Positions 63,035 through 64,000 of a DNA stretch of 64,000 bases are shown one piece after another. The stretch's first letter is position 1, and every line of letters starts with the position of its first letter. The translations under genes were made by a program, and so were the position numbers. The notes beneath the pieces are model-generated. The model was not told where the DNA came from. It did no database searches and worked only from the letters and a program-made list of their open reading frames with translations. The stretch is from Torpedo marmorata (Eukaryota), in assembly GCA_977017645.1 (NCBI GenBank), contig OZ360238.1:85312001-85376000 (forward strand). The letters are read 5' to 3'.

Positions 63035-63807
63035 AGATCAGCTCGTTGAATGGTGTAACGACAACAACCTTGCGCTCAACGTCAGAAAAACCAAGGAAAT
63101 GATTGTGGACTTCAGGAGGAAGTCAGGGGAACACGACCCAGTCCTCATCGAGGACTCAGTAGTGGAGAGGGTCAAGAACTTCAAATTCCTGGGTGTCAAC
63201 ATCTCCGAGGATCTGTCCTGGAGCCTCCACGTTGATGCAATCACAAAGAAGGCTCGCCAGCGGCTATACTTTGTGAGGTGTCTGAGGAGATTTGGTATGT
63301 CACCGAAGACTCTCGTAAACTTCTACAGGTGTACCGTGGAGAGCATTCTGGCTTGTTGCATTACTGCCTGGTATGGAGGCGCCAACTCTCAGGACAAGAA
63401 TAAACTCCAGAGGGTTGTTAACTCGGCCTGTGACATCACAGGCACCAGACTTCACTCCATCGAGGACATCTACATGAGGGGATGTCTTAAAAAAGCAGCC
63501 TCTATCCTCAAAGACCCCCACCACCCAGGCCATGCCCTCTTCACTCTACTACCATCAGGAAAAAGGTACAGGAGCCTAAAGACGAGCACTCAAAGGCACA
63601 AGGACAGCTTCTTCCCTGCTGCCATCAGATTCCTGAATAATCAATGAACCAAAGACACTGCCTTACTTTTCGTGCACTATTATTTATAATTTTTTATAGT
63701 AATGTCGTAAGATGGTTATAATATGAATGTTTGCACTATGATGCTGCCGCCAAACACCGAATTTCATGACTTGTTCATGACAATAAATTCTGATTCTGAT
63801 TCTGATT
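63035..63807 (+). mobile_element. Rex1/Babar-type LINE, young 5'-truncated copy with open C-terminus (63099-63647)
   Basis: [25 protein letters not shown] and [20 protein letters not shown] motifs; (TCTGAT)n tail. Confidence 0.95.
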
Positions 63808-64000
63808 TTGAAATCAAAACGTATTTTAAAGCATATTGGTATTTTGACGGTCGCAACAACCTAGCTTTAAATATCAGATCTACTTTAATAATCAAATTTC
63901 AAGTCACCACATAATGTGATAGGATTAAAATTCATTGGTCTCGATCAACGATCTCGGAATTGCACGTATGGTGATTTAACAACAGAATAAGCGTTGCCTT

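Overview
Repeat-dense, apparently intergenic or deep-intronic vertebrate DNA. The repeat set (CR1, L1, Rex1/Babar, Tx1, Penelope tails, V-type and Deu-type tRNA SINEs) points to a cartilaginous fish, probably a ray; this is inference. I found no intact host gene, RNA gene or CRISPR array, and nearly all listed ORFs are retroelement remnants or antisense shadows. The main observation is a complete, TSD-flanked BEL/Pao LTR retrotransposon (50954-56651). It keeps gag (with an N-terminal SAP-like motif), protease and the integrase C-terminal tail. Its RT/RNaseH/integrase core is replaced by about 1 kb of foreign coding sequence, part of which closely resembles the vertebrate gene MIPOL1, suggesting host-gene capture. 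This element sits inside an L1 with a twin-priming-type 5' inversion, which sits inside a CR1. Also present: hammerhead-like cores in Penelope tails, a GC-rich non-tRNA non-autonomous retroposon (2 copies), two solo LTRs, a hAT MITE, a 22-bp palindromic minisatellite, an unexplained 93-bp CpG-rich insert, several TSD-defined nested insertions and a 134-N gap. Family and homology calls are from memory and manual reading, not database searches, and boundaries lacking a TSD are approximate.
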